The position numbers were made by a program, and so were the translations under genes. A DNA stretch of 62,761 nt, filler included, from Vermamoeba vermiformis (Eukaryota), in assembly GCA_045837725.1 (NCBI GenBank). It is 4 parts of 4 records of this genome, joined end to end, with 100 filler letters (N's around TTAATTAATTAA, not from the genome) between each part and the next. Parts side by side here need not be neighbours in the genome. Positions count along the whole stretch, not along the records: positions 56,141 to 62,761 come from JBEWZL010000147.1; 3 more parts are not named here. The stretch is one strand, 5' to 3'. The first letter of the stretch is position 1. Each line of letters starts with the position of its first letter. The notes beneath the pieces are model-generated. The model made no database searches and was not told where the DNA came from. It saw nothing but the letters and a program-made list of their open reading frames with translations. Positions 60,917-62,761 of the stretch are shown here, one piece after another.

Positions 60917-62761
60917 ATCTTAGCATAAAGACATGTCACGCAGCAAGTGTAGGACCAAACGCATCTGTTATCTGCTGATGTAACCTATTACTGCTACTAC
61001 AGCTGGATTTGCACATGCTACCCGTGCTGGCGCAATTCAATAAAGTGCTGTTCGGTTTGGTGATGCAACGGCTGCACAAGAGCAAATTGGACTTTTTAGT
61101 GCAAGAACGCCGCTGCATTTCACGGAGCAGCAACCACCGTTGGCTGCATGTGGACACCCGATTGCGACAGTTCACCGCTGACTGGGCTAACACACATCAG
61201 CTACCCCGATCAGGTCGTTTTTCGCGTGCAGTACATCGATACGAAAGATGACGAGGTGGCGACACAGTACAACTATCACATCACGGCAGTCTACGTGCAC
61301 GACGTGCAATATGCACTGTACTACCAAATGCACGCTGACAGGGTGAGCCAGATACTGTGCTTCCACTACGTTAGCGTGTGGCGCATGAAGAACAGTAGCA
61401 GCATAGTCTTGTACCAATAAAACAGCAATGTTTCCAAGAATTGCACTGTGTATGTGTGGTATTTCGTAGCACGTGACGAACCACATTCAATCAGGGTCTT
61501 CTCTGCTCTCCTAGAATAGAATGCACCAATTGCTGTGCACTGCTGATCCGCTCTATACTTGCACAACTGAACACCACACACGTGCACTACATGAATTTCT
61601 TCACATCCCCCAAGGGTCTGGTCTATTTGGGTCTGCCTGGTCGCTGCTCTACTATGTCATGCTGTCCGTCATCATTCTGCCTGCCATCTTCCACCAAAGC
61701 ATTTTTGGTGGCCTCATTACCTATGTCGTGGGCATGTGTTGTCCGCACCGCGGACTGCACTTAGCCCTCAACCAAGCCGCACCACACATGCACACCAAAC
61801 CACCTGTTCACAGTTCACCTCCTGTAACCCATGCCAAGGTGCAAAGCCATTAATAAAATCAGCTGTAGTTCTGTTAACGATGAACGTAGCATTTATTACA
61901 AGTCCCTGCTCAAAGGCAAAACACACGTGTGTCCACCAAATAGTTTGCAGCATGCGCGTGCACTTTGTTCACGTACGGCCTATGAAATGAATCCCACTCC
62001 TTGCAGCTATTGTTCAGCTACCGCCTGTGGCTACGCTGTTTCGCACCACGCTGCACTGCTTGGATCTGTCCCCACAAGCTTTTCAAGTGGAGAACTGGGT
62101 GATCGATGGCAAGTGCTATTGTGCAATGCACATGCGTGATTACAGCTACAAACCTAAATAAATGTGTGTGCTATTGTTGTAGCTTGTAGTAACTACTTGT
62201 ACTTTTTCTATTATATTACATTTACTATATATAGATAATAACCATATATATTACTATATATAGTAAAGATGTAGAGAATAACCAAAAACAGAAGAACACC
62301 CACTATTGTATTGTATGGTAACATTTTGTGCATCACTGTTACCATGTGTCATTTCACTTGGTTGCTTATGCTGCTGCTAGTGTCAGCAATTCTTCTCGCA
62401 CTAGCCGTGGCAGCTGTGGTAGTGCGCTGGCTGTACCACATAGGTGTGCTGCTGCTCCGCAACAGGGTGCTTACGTTCGCTGGTGATAAGTCCTTTTATA
62501 TTAAGTCACAATGAAAATCAGTCCCTCCCATTCATTGTTCCGCTCAGTTTTACCGATACAGTGTATGTGAACCAACATCCGCGAACTCAATAAGAAATTT
62601 TTTAATTAGGCCAAAAAATGCCTTTTAAAATATAGCTAGCTATTGCGAGATTTATGACCCTGATTTCGGAGGCGGAAAATTACTAAAATCATAACATGTA
62701 TTTCTGCTGCAATTTCCTTAACGTGCTTAAATATTCCCGTATCCATTAGCTGATGCAACCA

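Noticed and set aside
60936-62514. Many short overlapping ORFs near the window end
   Set aside because: No recognisable motifs or consistent exon chain; no gene call can be supported.
1-62761. rRNA, tRNA or other structural RNA genes
   Set aside because: None recognised by eye; tRNAscan-SE and Infernal would be needed to exclude them.

Overview
Eukaryotic (protist-like) DNA with short GT-AG introns and the standard code. It is four contigs joined by artificial N44-TTAATTAATTAA-N44 linkers, so adjacency across the gaps is not biological. Contig 1 (1-30386) is a paralogue cluster with two interleaved families. Family A has four MYRF/MrfA-like genes: putative Ig-fold DNA-binding domain, acidic linker, Peptidase_S74 self-cleaving chaperone (S-D-x-x-x-K), coiled coil, one TM helix and, unusually, a plant-receptor-type LRR ectodomain. 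The chaperone exons are nearly identical between copies while both flanking modules diverge. Family B has three genes built from an unknown N-domain and a degenerate Ras-like fold; two end in a papain-like (PPPDE/NlpC-P60-type) domain with Cys->Ser, and a stand-alone copy with Cys intact lies in the same cluster. The cluster also holds an orphan LRR fragment, a NUGGC/dynamin-like GTPase and a dual-specificity phosphatase. Contig 2 has a degenerate NEIL1-like gene, two minisatellites, housekeeping genes (SPP-type protease, F-box/ARM protein, ENA-type ATPase) and an intact DD35D pogo/Fot-like transposon. Contigs 3-4 carry surface, ankyrin and LRR genes, several with frameshifts. All gene models and family calls were made by eye, without database searches.
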